Shown here: in pieces, positions 31,668 to 42,399 of the stretch
Layout: the number at the start of each line of letters is the position of its first letter
Numbering within the stretch: the first letter of the stretch is position 1
NCBI GenBank assembly: GCA_963723515.1
Contig: CAVRQT010000003.1
Span: 192,001-256,000, forward strand
Length of the DNA: 64,000 nucleotides
Direction: 5' to 3'
Source: Vulcanimicrobiota bacterium
GTDB lineage: Bacteria; Vulcanimicrobiota; Vulcanimicrobiia; Vulcanimicrobiales; Vulcanimicrobiaceae
Position numbers and translations under genes: made by a program
The notes under the pieces: generated by a model
Database searches by the model: none
What the model was told of the DNA's origin: nothing
The model's input: only the letters and a program-made list of their open reading frames with translations

Positions 31668-32159
31668 CTAATGGAATCGCGGCCTTACAATAGCAACTGG
31701 ATCCAAACTGAAGTGTCGTGCGCAGACGAGGACGATACTTTTCGCATCGGGGTGCTGCGGGTTGATAAGGACGACGCGCTCTGGATCGTTTGGAAAATCT
31801 GGAAATAGGGCTGACGGTAGCGAAAACGCTAAGGAAGACTTTCCTAATGCCCAATTCGTTCCCAACGTACGCGTCGCATCACGAGCAGGCACGGCATCCC
31901 AATCCGGCGGCAGTTCGGTATGTTGCATATGCGCAACGAGGTCGCTCCGCAGATGTAGCTCAATGAGCGCTAATTTCGAGGGCGCATCTTGAACATCTAC
32001 GTTTGCGACGGTCTCTAATATCGCCAAAGCCATCGAAGTCGCGGTGTATATCATCGGTGTTCCGCGATGATTCCATCGCCCCGAATAAAGCGAAGCGCCC
32101 TGACCGCTCAGGGCGCTTTCTTCGTATTCAGCGGCGCAAACACGCCACAACCGAATCAG
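31668..32159 (-). CDS. RES domain toxin (start CTG 32159 or TTG 32150)
   Basis: LWR, SGRWN, YTATS.ALAILE, PSA, LINPQHPD. Confidence 0.9.
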   Translation of the reverse strand: MIRLWRVCAAEYEESALSGQGASLYSGRWNHRGTPMIYTATSMALAILETVANVDVQDAPSKLALIELHLRSDLVAHMQHTELPPDWDAVPARDATRTLGTNWALGKSSLAFSLPSALFPDFPNDPERVVLINPQHPDAKSIVLVCARHFSLDPVAIVRPRFH

Positions 32160-32656
32160 GAGAACACGCCGTAAGCGATCCGCCCAAGCGCATCTTCAAC
32201 AAGGCGTGCTGCCGGCTCGCTTTTCATAGCGCGCAAGGGAATGCGACCGCCCAAACTGCGATTCGGTTTGCGCAGCCATCGCAACGCCCTCTCATCGTCG
32301 CCGAGCACCGTGCGGGCGAAAGCATAAATGCGCGCAAGCCGGAACACTTGATCGGACTGTTCAGGTGAAAGCTGTCGCGCGCGCGCTTTTCGTGCCAGCG
32401 ACCGGCTCGGAATGTCCAATATCTCTCCGATTTCACGCAGGGAAACTTTTAGCAGACGCGCTGCTTTGTGCAAGGCCGAGCCCGGTAAACCGGCTTCGAT
32501 GCGAAGCGCAACATCGTACGGATCATCGACCCGCACACCGAGGCATCTCGCTGCCTCCACCGTTTCTGACGCGGCCATACGTTCAAGTATATGCCAATAT
32601 GGCTGTTCTAGCAATGCCATAATGGCCGGCGCGCCGAAGCGGCCCATATTCGGCAA
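32156..32656 (-). CDS. Xre/MbcA/ParS-type antitoxin
   Basis: GLP, LSPEQSD..RLAR, A.RWLRKPN..LGG..P, LGRIAYGVFS. Confidence 0.9.
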   Translation of the reverse strand: MPNMGRFGAPAIMALLEQPYWHILERMAASETVEAARCLGVRVDDPYDVALRIEAGLPGSALHKAARLLKVSLREIGEILDIPSRSLARKARARQLSPEQSDQVFRLARIYAFARTVLGDDERALRWLRKPNRSLGGRIPLRAMKSEPAARLVEDALGRIAYGVFS

Positions 32657-32702
32657 GCGCGATGTTTCCGATTTTTTAACCGGTAACGACGCGGCAATCG
32701 CC

Positions 32703-33714
32703 CTAAAGGCGCTGTTCTAGCGCGCGGATTCCATCCGGCGGACCCGCAGCGACAATTTCATCGCCGGCCGCCAGTTGCGCATCGGATGGGCGGAAAGACA
32801 TGCGGCCCGCCCGCTTCATCGCGAGAATGATCACCTCGTCGTTATCCGGCGCGAGCGCCGAAACCGTGCGCCCGATCCACGTCGAGTTGCTGGGAATCAT
32901 AAAATCTTCCAAGAGCAGCTCGCCATTGTTCGCGGAGAGCACCGTATCGACGAACTCGACTGCCGTTGGACGCATTGCAAGGCTCGCGATGCGCCGGCCG
33001 CCGATCGTGTAGGGCGAGATGATGCGGTTGGCACCGGCAAGCGCGCAGCTTCGGCTCCGTATCGTCGCGATTTGCGCGTGCGACGATAAAGATCTTTGGG
33101 TTGAGCACCCGCGCCGATAACGTGACATAAACGTTGTTCTCGTCACTATCAATGCACGTGATCAGCCCGCGAGCGCGTTCGACGCCGGCCGCCTTGAGCG
33201 TCTCAACGTGCGCCGCATCGCCGTTGACGACCGTGAGGCCTTCATCTGCAGCGCGCACGAGGGAATCCGCATTGATGTCGATGACGGCGAATGGGATCTT
33301 CTCTTCCAAGAAGTTGCGCGCGACCTCGCGTCCGACGCGACCGTAGCCGCAGAGGATGAAGTGGCCTTCCATTCTAGCGACCCGCCGGCGCATGCGGCGC
33401 TCGTAAAACGCGGCGCTCAGGCGCCCTTCGATCACATATGAGATCAACATCAACAACGTGAAGGTCAGTGCGCCAAAGCCGACCGTGACGACGATGATCG
33501 TCCAAAGCTTGCCCGCAATGGTGAGCGGTTGCGGTTCGCCGCCGCCGGTCGTCGTGACGGTCATGATCGTCATGTAAAATGAATCGAACCATCCCCACCC
33601 CTCCAGCACCACGTAGCCAATCGTTCCGATGGCGATGACTGCCCCAAGCAGAACGGCAGCGATAGCCGGTCCGCGCAGCAATCGTCTTTCCGTGCGCACG
33701 GCACCAAATTTCAC
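32703..33714 (-). CDS. potassium channel with TrkA-N/TrkA-C domains (frameshift near 33040)
   Basis: 2 TM plus pore segment TTTGGGE, CGYGRVG, GDA, RCK-C. Confidence 0.88.
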
Positions 33715-33866
33715 CGGCGCGCCGCATTGCCATCTACCGCATGCACGCTTTGGTTCAGCGAGTTAAGCAGGCGCAAGCTTAGAGCAGGCGATGGCTAACT
33801 GGGTACGATTGGCACGCGGAAATTCGCGTTCTTAAGGACGCGAAATACCGGCGAAAGGAGCGTCTC

Positions 33867-34256
33867 TTGAAACACCTGTATCTCGCACTCGCAGCCACTC
33901 TGCTCGCGTACGGCGCCGGCGCCGGCCTGGCAAGTGCGCAGCAAGCGCCGCCGGCTCCGAGCGATGTAACGCCATCATATAGCGATCTTGCATGCGGCAC
34001 ATGGGTCAACGACGAGTGGGTTCCAAACGGCAAATGCCCACCTGAAACAACTCGGCTCAGACACGACACAGTAAGCGGCACGATCACAAAGGTGGAGGGG
34101 CATCTTGTCTCGTTGCAGCAGTCGACGCGCACCGTTATCGTCAACGATCAACCGGCACTCGATCGCAAGCAGACCGGCAAGGTCGGTGTCGGACGGCAGG
34201 TCGTTGCTTATGGATACTGGCTCGACAACACATTCTACGCGACAGCAATCTATTAG
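33867..34256 (+). CDS. secreted hypothetical protein (OB-fold-like)
   Basis: RBS AAAGGAG, signal peptide. Confidence 0.65.
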   Translation: MKHLYLALAATLLAYGAGAGLASAQQAPPAPSDVTPSYSDLACGTWVNDEWVPNGKCPPETTRLRHDTVSGTITKVEGHLVSLQQSTRTVIVNDQPALDRKQTGKVGVGRQVVAYGYWLDNTFYATAIY

Positions 34257-34268
34257 GCGCACGCTAAT

Positions 34269-35264
34269 CTAAAGGAAGTCACGGGGCAGCAAAACAGCTG
34301 CCCCATTTATTTCGTCCCGCTTTAGCGCCCAGAGCGCTTCGTTTGCTTGCTCAAGCGGAAAAGTTTCGACGACCGGCCGGATTCCAATGTGCGCCGCGAG
34401 CGCAAGGAAGTCGTGCGCGTCGCCGCGCGTCATATTCGTGACGCTGCGGATCTGTCGCTCGCCCCAGAGCAGCCGGTCGTAATCGAACTGCGGCATGCGA
34501 TCGAGATGAATGGCGTTGATCGCGAGGACACCGCCTTTGCGCAGTGACGCTAAGGCGCTGATCACGACCTCGCCCGCCGGCGCAAAGGTAATCGCGCGAT
34601 CGAGCGGTTGCGGCGGTAAATCGGCAGCATCGCCGACCCACGCCGCGCCGAGCTTTCGCGCAAATTCTTGATGCGAGCGGCCGCGCGTCGACACGTACAC
34701 CTCACAACCCCAGTGATGCAGCACCGAGAGCGCCAAATGCGCCGATGCACCGAATCCGAAAAGTCCGACGCGCTCGTTTGGCAACACTCCGGCAATACGC
34801 AAGGCACGAAAGCCAATAATGCCTGCGCAAAGCAGCGGCGCTGCTTGCAGATCTTCCAGCTCTGAGGGCAGCGGCAACGCAAAGTCGCCGCGCGCATCTA
34901 CGTAGTCTGCATACCCGCCGTTCACATCGTAGCCGCTAAAGGTCGGAGTGTCGCAAAGATTCTCAGCACCGCCAAGGCAGTAACTGCACGTTCCGTCGAC
35001 ACCACCGAGCCAAGAGACGCCCACGCGGCTACCGATTTCATGTAACGGGCCCGCGCTTTCAACGACATCCCCGACGATTTGATGGCCCGGAACGATTGCC
35101 GGATGACGCGCCGGCAATTCGCCCTCGGCAATGTGCAGATCCGTTCGGCAGACGCCGCATGCACGAACGCGAATCCGAACATGTCCTGATTGCAATGGCG
35201 CGAGAGCGATCTCTTCAGCGCGCAACGGGCGTTGCTCGATCGGCATCGGTTCGCGCAGCACCAT
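34269..35264 (-). CDS. zinc-binding alcohol dehydrogenase family protein
   Basis: CGVCRTDLH, PGHQIVG, C..C......C, PLLCAGIIG, GFGASA. Confidence 0.92.
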   Translation of the reverse strand: MVLREPMPIEQRPLRAEEIALAPLQSGHVRIRVRACGVCRTDLHIAEGELPARHPAIVPGHQIVGDVVESAGPLHEIGSRVGVSWLGGVDGTCSYCLGGAENLCDTPTFSGYDVNGGYADYVDARGDFALPLPSELEDLQAAPLLCAGIIGFRALRIAGVLPNERVGLFGFGASAHLALSVLHHWGCEVYVSTRGRSHQEFARKLGAAWVGDAADLPPQPLDRAITFAPAGEVVISALASLRKGGVLAINAIHLDRMPQFDYDRLLWGERQIRSVTNMTRGDAHDFLALAAHIGIRPVVETFPLEQANEALWALKRDEINGAAVLLPRDFL

Positions 35265-35293
35265 CGCCCGCGTCGAAGTAACGGTGCTTATTG

Positions 35294-36539
35294 TTAAGGC
35301 CGGATTCTGTAGATGTTGCCGGTTAGATCATCTGCGACGAAGAGATCGCCTTGCGGACCAATCGCGACGCCGGTCGGGCGTCCGACGCGCTGTCCGGAAG
35401 ACGTTTGAAAACCACTGACGATATCGCGCCATTGCGTCGTGGGATCGTTCCAATTGACGGCGCCTGCAGGCGCATCTCCCACTAATGGAACGAAAGCCAC
35501 ACGCGGTGGTGCGACCGGGACGCCGCCGTTTTGATGCCACGAACCATGCATCGCAACGAACGCTCCGCCGTTATACTGAGAGGGAAGCGCAAATGCGCCC
35601 CCATTGTGTGCCGGGACGATCGTTAGGCCGATGATGGTTTGATACGCGGGAAATTCAATAAGCGGCACGGTTTGATTCGAGCAGCTCGCGCCGCTCCCGT
35701 AATTTTGGTGATTTTCCTCACATTTCGGCCAGCCGTAATCCGGCACACCGCCTCGCGTGCCAACCGGATCGAGGAATTCGTACGGATGGCCGGACGGAAG
35801 ATCGTCCTGCCCCGCATCGCCCGCCCATAATATGCCGGTCGATGGATTGACGGCGAGTCCGATCGAGTTGCGGATATGCGTCGCGCGCGCCGTCATATTG
35901 CTTCCGTCAAGTCGCCATTTGCTGGATCGTCGCACGCGTCGGATCATTTTCATCGCATGCGTTGCATGAAGAACCGACGCTTGCATAAACCGTTGTGCCG
36001 CTGATCGCGACAGTCGTCGTTACATGGCCGCCACCGCCGCCGTTTCGAACGGATGCAATCTTTTGCGGCGCTGAGGATGCGCTTAGATCGCCGGGCTTAT
36101 AGCTGAGGCGATAGACGCCGAATTGCGTCCCGACGTAGATTGCGCACGCATTGGCGCTAAATGCAACGCCTGCGGCCGGAGCGTCCGGAAGCGTGGCAAA
36201 TGTCTGCGCCGCTCCGGCGTTGCCCGAAGCATCCGCGTTCGGCACGATCGCGATCGTATTCCCGAGCGTTCCAACCAACAGATCACCGGTGGGCAAGAAC
36301 GCCAGTTCGCGTGCGTTGGCAACATTTGCAATCGTCTGGATGCGAAGTCCGGCCGCAACATGCAAGTCCGGCGGCGTTGATGGGGGCGGCCCTGTGGGCG
36401 CAGGCGCCGGCGTGCCGGAACACGATTGAGGTTGCGGCGGCGGCGCTTGCTGCGGGGCCGCGCTCGTACTGCTCCCGCCTCCGCCGCACGCGACCAGCGC
36501 GAAGAAGAAGCACAGGCCGCTCGTCCTACACATATCCAT
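35294..36539 (-). CDS. PQQ-dependent sugar/sorbosone dehydrogenase-like lipoprotein (frameshifts near 35985 and 35915)
   Basis: LVAC lipobox, SVGSSCNAC.E, RNSIG, DYGWP.C, HGSW, GRPTG, DLFVADD. Confidence 0.82.
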
Positions 36540-36606
36540 AGTGTTCCCATCCGGCGCCGCCGCGCGCAACAGGTCGCCTCTAACGGAAAGCAATAACGAG
36601 CGCGTG

Positions 36607-37409
36607 ATGTCTCTTCGCGGAATGGTGGCGATCGTTGCCGGCGCCTCCGGCGCAATCGGCAGCGCAACCTGCAGCGCGCTCGGCGCGCGAGGCGTCAAGC
36701 TCATCTTTGCCGCGCTGGACGATCCGATGTTGCAAGCGCTCGTCAAACGCGCTCAGGCGCAAGGGTTTTCGCACCTCGCCGTGCCGACGAATTTGCAAAG
36801 CCGCGGCGACATCGATCGCTTGATCGCGCGAACGCTCGATGAATTTGGCCATATCGACATTCTCATTAACGCGGCCGGCATCGGATCGAGTCCGGCGATG
36901 TGCGAGAGCACCGATGCCGAGCTCGCAGATGTCGTGACGATCAACTTATTAGGAGCGGCACGGTTAATGCATGCCGTTTTGCCCGCCATGAAGGCGCAGC
37001 GCCGCGGCTCGATCGTCAACGTCGGCTCGATCGCAGGAGAAGCGGGCATCATGGGGATTTACTCGGCGTCAAAATTCGGATTGCGCGGCCTGAACGATTC
37101 CGTGCGTCGCGAGGTCAAGAGTTTTGGAATCGACGTAACGTTAATCGAGCCCGGCTTCATCGAACGGCGATGAACGCGCGGATGACCAATCGCCTTCCCG
37201 GCCCGGAGATCGTCGCTGCTGCAATCATCGATGCGATTCGGCGGCCGCGTCGCACGCGAATCATTCCGCCCAACTACATCGTGCCGACGCTGCTCGTACG
37301 GTCGTTTCCGGCCCTCGCCGATCTCGTCTTCGGCAACGCGCGCATTCAAAAGCGCTTGAACCGGGACGCGCGCGCTGCGCGCAGCGCGAATGCTGCCGAA
37401 CCCTCCTAG
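36607..37409 (+). CDS. SDR oxidoreductase (frameshift near 37165)
   Basis: GASGAIG, NAAG, YSASK, EPG. Confidence 0.88.
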
Positions 37410-38598
37410 CAAGCGCGAAAACGAATTAGAGAAGACTGCGCCACTCTGGGTGCAGCCCCTGCGCTGGGTGGCGGTAACGGTCATCACCGTGTACTACTCG
37501 CTCGCCTATCGGATCACGGGATGGGGAACGCTGCCGCGCAGACGCCGTAGCGCGTTGCTCGTTGCCAACCATCAACACGAAATCGAATCTCCGGCAATCG
37601 TCGCCATCATGACGCTCAAGACGTTTTCGTGGCGCTATCCGATCTTCACGGTTTCCTCGCGCCGCATGTGGGAGCCGGGATTTCTCGCCGAACGGATTCC
37701 GTGGCTTTCCTTTCTGTTGAAGACCGTCAATCTTGGGCCAATGTTCAGTGCGCTCGGATTGCAGCCTATCGAGAACGAGCTTCACACGCGGCCGTTCGCG
37801 AGCGTGGCATATACGTTGCGAGAAGAATTCGGCGATCTGCCGGTCAACCGCGTTTTCCGCGAAAGCGTGCTTCAACGTTTACCCGCTCAGATTCGGCAGC
37901 TTTCGGATTTGCTAGCGCCGGCGAATTTCAATATCGGACGTACCATGGTAACGTTGTCGGAGCTGAACGATCCTTACAAACAAGCAGCGCTCAATGCGAC
38001 GCGAGCGCAACTCGAAAGCGATCTGCAGCACTTCGAATCGCTCGCGCGCGACGGCGCGACGATCTTCTTAGCGCCCGAAGGTTTTTATTCGGGTGACGGC
38101 AAGATGCAGCGTCTTCGCGGCGTTCTCTCGCGGCTGCAGCCCCTTGCAACAACGTGGCTCACCGGCATTAGCTACGATCCATTCGTTGGGCGGCGTTTGG
38201 GTTTGCTGTACCGTATCGCTCGAGCGATTGAGGATGCTCCGCTCGACATGCAGCTCAAACGACTTCGTCCCGTCACGACCAGTGCGCTGCTGGCCACGTG
38301 GTTGCAGGCACGAAGCGAACCGTTCTCCGCGGCAGAAGCAATCGAGGGCGTCAAGGAGCAACTGAAGAGCTTGCCGGCAATGCTCTTTGTCGAACCGCGG
38401 CTCCGAAGCGATGCGGAGCAATCGACGACCACGGCGCTCGACGGACTGCTGCGACTTGGTTCGTTGATCGTAAAGGATGGCGGCTACGCACTAACTTCGC
38501 AGCGCCGGCATCCGCAATTTCCGCGGACGAGCGACATAATCCAATATCAGGCGAATTTTCATGCGGAAACGCTCGAAGGCGCTCGCGTCACCGCCTGA
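37390..38598 (+). CDS. PlsC-like acyltransferase-fold protein
   Basis: LLVANHQHEIE, IFLAPEG. Confidence 0.65.
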   Translation: MLPNPPSKRENELEKTAPLWVQPLRWVAVTVITVYYSLAYRITGWGTLPRRRRSALLVANHQHEIESPAIVAIMTLKTFSWRYPIFTVSSRRMWEPGFLAERIPWLSFLLKTVNLGPMFSALGLQPIENELHTRPFASVAYTLREEFGDLPVNRVFRESVLQRLPAQIRQLSDLLAPANFNIGRTMVTLSELNDPYKQAALNATRAQLESDLQHFESLARDGATIFLAPEGFYSGDGKMQRLRGVLSRLQPLATTWLTGISYDPFVGRRLGLLYRIARAIEDAPLDMQLKRLRPVTTSALLATWLQARSEPFSAAEAIEGVKEQLKSLPAMLFVEPRLRSDAEQSTTTALDGLLRLGSLIVKDGGYALTSQRRHPQFPRTSDIIQYQANFHAETLEGARVTA

Positions 38599-39439
38599 CC
38601 GTGGCGCGGTCGTCGTCACCGGAACTTCGAGCGGTATCGGCAAGGCGATCGTCGAGCAGCTTGCTGATAACGGCTTCAAGATTTTTGCAACCGTTCGCAA
38701 CCAAGCCGATTTAAAGGCGCTCGAGACGCGTCGCGACGTGCGCGGAGTCATCTGCGACATCACGGATCACGCTTCGATTACAAAGGCCTCGGAAGTCGTT
38801 ACGTCCAGCGGCATGCGGCTCGAGGGCCTCGTGAACAACGCCGGGATTGCGATCGGCGGTCCATTGGAACATCTGCCGCTGGATGCGTTTCGCAAGCAAT
38901 TCGAAGTCAACGTCATCGGATCGCTCGCAGTCACGCAAGCCTTCTTGCCGCAATTGCGCGCAGCGCGCGGCCGTTTGATCTTTATCGGCTCGGTCGCCGG
39001 CCGCATTGCGATGCCGTTCATCGGGCCCTACAGTGCGTCGAAATTTGCATTGCGCGCGCTTTCGGATGCGCTTCGCATCGAATTAGGTCACGCCGGCATA
39101 CGCGTCTCCTTGATCGAGCCGGGATCGGTCCGAACGCCGATCTGGAGCAAGGGTCGAGAAGGGAAAGCAACACTCGAGGAGCGCCTTGGTACCGCGGGCG
39201 CGGAGCACTACGGCGAAGCGCTGCGAGCGCTGATGCGGCAAACGGAGCAAGAGGAGCGCATCGGCATGCCGCCTGAACGCGTCGCCCAAATCGTCTTTAC
39301 CGCTCTAACCGCACGTCGGCCACGCGCGCACTACATCGTCGGCGCGCCCGCCCGCATCGGCACGATTTTGAGCCTGCTTCCGGCGACGTTGCATGACCGC
39401 ATCATGCGGGCGTCGATGCGCTTGCCGAAACATAGGTAA
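38561..39439 (+). CDS. SDR oxidoreductase
   Basis: TGTSSGIG, NNAG, YSASK. Confidence 0.92.
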   Translation: MRKRSKALASPPDRGAVVVTGTSSGIGKAIVEQLADNGFKIFATVRNQADLKALETRRDVRGVICDITDHASITKASEVVTSSGMRLEGLVNNAGIAIGGPLEHLPLDAFRKQFEVNVIGSLAVTQAFLPQLRAARGRLIFIGSVAGRIAMPFIGPYSASKFALRALSDALRIELGHAGIRVSLIEPGSVRTPIWSKGREGKATLEERLGTAGAEHYGEALRALMRQTEQEERIGMPPERVAQIVFTALTARRPRAHYIVGAPARIGTILSLLPATLHDRIMRASMRLPKHR

Positions 39440-39525
39440 TGAATCCAACGACGGGAACGAAGGAGGTGCCGCCGGTGGAGAAGCTGGCGGCGAACACACT
39501 TGCTATCATTTGAAAGGATACCTTC

Positions 39526-39777
39526 ATGAATCGTGTCAAGCGGACATCAAGCCTTATCGCACTCGTGCTGGGTGGCGCGATGCTCGGATCGGCGTTAACC
39601 GGAACGGCGCTCGCCTATCAAAGCCACATGTGGAATGCGCTTAACGCGGAGCAGACCGCAATACATCAACTGCAGATCGCGAGACCCGACAAGGCCGGTC
39701 ATCGTGTGAACGCGATCAACTTGCTGGGCCAGGCGATCACGCAAACCCATCTGGGAATCACGGCAGGCGCACAGTAA
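39526..39777 (+). CDS. small secreted helical protein
   Basis: Extended -10 TGCTATCAT (39501-39509), RBS AAAGGA, signal peptide, Q.HM..AL...DKAGHR..AI. Confidence 0.75.
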   Translation: MNRVKRTSSLIALVLGGAMLGSALTGTALAYQSHMWNALNAEQTAIHQLQIARPDKAGHRVNAINLLGQAITQTHLGITAGAQ

Positions 39778-39854
39778 CGTTTGCCGCGGGAGCTTCGCCT
39801 GCGCGCACGTCGTGCGGGCGAAGCAATCCGCAGATGCCGAAACGGTAGGCTTTC

Positions 39855-42389
39855 GTGGAAACTGATCTCGGCCCGAAAACTCGCGCCGTTCCGCAGACGG
39901 CGCTCGGGCCGCGGCAGCTGCCGGCGTTTACGATCTCCGATAGCGAGCTCGGCATGGGTGCGAGCCTCGGCAATAGCGCCATTTGGATCAACACGAAAAG
40001 CACCGGTGCGATCGAACGCATCTCGCCGATCAAATGTCCTGAAAGCCTCTTTGGAACAATCATGATCCGCTACGCGGGCACGGGTAGCGCGTTGAGCGAT
40101 GGTTGGGTCGAGACGGCGCATGGCGACGTCGCCGAGCCGAGCTACGTCAACTTGCGCCCCGATGGAAATATCCGAACGTTTGAGATCCATCCCGCATACC
40201 AGCGGGTATCGTTCACGATTGTCGGCGCGGTGCGCGTGGTGGAGACGACGTTCGTTCCACTGCTTTCGCATGATACCGAAACAGAAGATGACCCCCCGAT
40301 TGCCTACCAAAGCATCGAACTGAAGAACAACGACGTCTATCCGCATAACGTGCGTATTACCGCTTACGCGCGTCTTCGCGGCAGTCTCGGGGCAGACGTC
40401 CAAGCGCGCTATGACGAGCGGTGCAACGCGATCGTCGCGTGGAATCGCAGCGACCGCAAGTGCATCCGGCTCTTTGCCATGTTGCCGAAGGCGATGCGAT
40501 ACAGCACGACCTTCGATTTCGGCAGCGTCTACGATCCCTCACACGTGCACGCGTTGCCGAATTCAACCGACGTCGAAGGCGATGTGCTCGGCTGCTTACA
40601 GGTCGACATCACGCTGGAGCCGGGCGCAAAACACGAATTCTGCATCAAAGCAGGCGCCTTTGTGGGCAGCGACGAGACGGCGGTTCTCGATGCGTTCTGT
40701 GACTCAGATAATGCGCAAACGGCGCTGCAACGGACGATCGAGCATCTCGACCAGCGTCTGCATTTCAGCGAGATTGTCGCGCCCGATGCGGTGATCAATC
40801 AAGGCGCGCTTTGGAGCAAGGTCAACATGCGCCGAGTGATGGCGACCTACCCGCAGGGCCGCGCCTTTACAAACGATCCGGGGAACACGCCGAATCTCGT
40901 CGTGAGAGATGCGGCCTGGTTCATCTTGGGCAATGATTACTTCATGCCCGATTTTTCGCGTTCGCTGCTAAAGAAGTTGATCGCGATTCAATACCGCAAC
41001 GGCAAAATGCCGGAATACACCGACGCAATTACCGGGAAGATCGAAGATGACGGCCTCAACATCAACGATGATACGCCGCTCTTCATCCTGGCTGCGCATC
41101 ACCATTTTCAGGCGACCGGCGACAAAACGTGGCTCGAGGAAGCCTATCCCGCCGTCGCCCGAGCCGCGCGTTACATCCTCTCACAGCGCGACAAACGCGG
41201 CTTGATCTTTTGCGACGCCAAAGATCCGCGCGGGTATGTTTGGGCGATCGCCAGCTGGCGCAACATCATCCCGCTGTACACGATTAACGGGGCGGTGACG
41301 GAGATCAACGCCGAATGCGCCGCCGCGCTCCGTGCCGCCGCTGAGCTGGCAGCGCAGACGGAGGATCATGGCGCAGATGGACCCGAGTTTTCGTCCGCAT
41401 ATCAATCGCTGCGCGATGCAATCAACAGCCACCTGATCAACCCCGAGAACGGCCTGTACTATCTCAATATCGATGTGGACGGGAACGTTCATACCGACGT
41501 TACGGGCGACGAAGTTTTTCCGGTGATGTTTCGAGTCTGTGACGACGAGACGGCCTTTCGCGTCATCAGCCGCCTCAATGCGCCCGATTTTTGGACGCCG
41601 GCGGGTTTACGGACCGCCTCGCGTGTCGATCCGCTCTACGACCCAAGCCATTTCTCGGGTCTGATGGGCGGCGTTTGGCCCGGATTAACGTGGTGGTATG
41701 CATTTGCCGCTGCGCCGTATCATCCCGAGTTCATGGTGCGAGCGTTGCGCTCGTCTTTCGAACACTATGGCACCGATCCGAAGAAGAACAACACGGTTCC
41801 GGGCCAATTCAGCGAGTGGTTCGACGGCGAAAGCTTGACCAACAAAGGCATGCGCTTGAGCCCTTGGGAGCCGCCGCGATTCTTGTGGGCCGCCGTTGAA
41901 GGCGTTTGCGGACTAACATTGACCTCCGGCGTCCCGTGCATCAACCCGCTGATTCCCCCCGAATGGAGCTGGGTCGGTTTGCGGCGCTTGCGCTACCACG
42001 GCGGGGAGCTCTCATATTTCATGATCCGCAAAGGCACGACATCGCAGATCTATACGACGGCGCAGCTCGAAAGCGAATCCGAGATGCAACTCTTCAGCCG
42101 CGATGTTACGGATGAGCTCGCGGTCTTTTCAACGACGGCCGCCGCGATCGCGCTCGCCAAAGAGAACGAGATCGCGGTGCTCCTCGGAAACATCGGCGAT
42201 CAGACGGCAACGATTCCGATGAACCTTTCGCGGCTTGTCGATGCGCAGGCGAACTACATGGTGCGGCTCTTTAACAGCGAGCGCGGGGCGTGGGAAGAAC
42301 CGGAAGAAGAGATCGGCGCTGAATTAACGACGCTCGCACTCTCGATTGAGGGCAAAGGTTTCCGGCTTCTGAATTTCACGCGGATCTAG
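39855..42389 (+). CDS. (alpha/alpha)6-barrel glycoside hydrolase (amylo-alpha-1,6-glucosidase-like)
   Basis: RDAAW, DDTPLFI, EINA, GLRT, GGVWP, FSEWF. Confidence 0.75.
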   Translation: METDLGPKTRAVPQTALGPRQLPAFTISDSELGMGASLGNSAIWINTKSTGAIERISPIKCPESLFGTIMIRYAGTGSALSDGWVETAHGDVAEPSYVNLRPDGNIRTFEIHPAYQRVSFTIVGAVRVVETTFVPLLSHDTETEDDPPIAYQSIELKNNDVYPHNVRITAYARLRGSLGADVQARYDERCNAIVAWNRSDRKCIRLFAMLPKAMRYSTTFDFGSVYDPSHVHALPNSTDVEGDVLGCLQVDITLEPGAKHEFCIKAGAFVGSDETAVLDAFCDSDNAQTALQRTIEHLDQRLHFSEIVAPDAVINQGALWSKVNMRRVMATYPQGRAFTNDPGNTPNLVVRDAAWFILGNDYFMPDFSRSLLKKLIAIQYRNGKMPEYTDAITGKIEDDGLNINDDTPLFILAAHHHFQATGDKTWLEEAYPAVARAARYILSQRDKRGLIFCDAKDPRGYVWAIASWRNIIPLYTINGAVTEINAECAAALRAAAELAAQTEDHGADGPEFSSAYQSLRDAINSHLINPENGLYYLNIDVDGNVHTDVTGDEVFPVMFRVCDDETAFRVISRLNAPDFWTPAGLRTASRVDPLYDPSHFSGLMGGVWPGLTWWYAFAAAPYHPEFMVRALRSSFEHYGTDPKKNNTVPGQFSEWFDGESLTNKGMRLSPWEPPRFLWAAVEGVCGLTLTSGVPCINPLIPPEWSWVGLRRLRYHGGELSYFMIRKGTTSQIYTTAQLESESEMQLFSRDVTDELAVFSTTAAAIALAKENEIAVLLGNIGDQTATIPMNLSRLVDAQANYMVRLFNSERGAWEEPEEEIGAELTTLALSIEGKGFRLLNFTRI

Positions 42390-42399
42390 AAGCGCGAGC

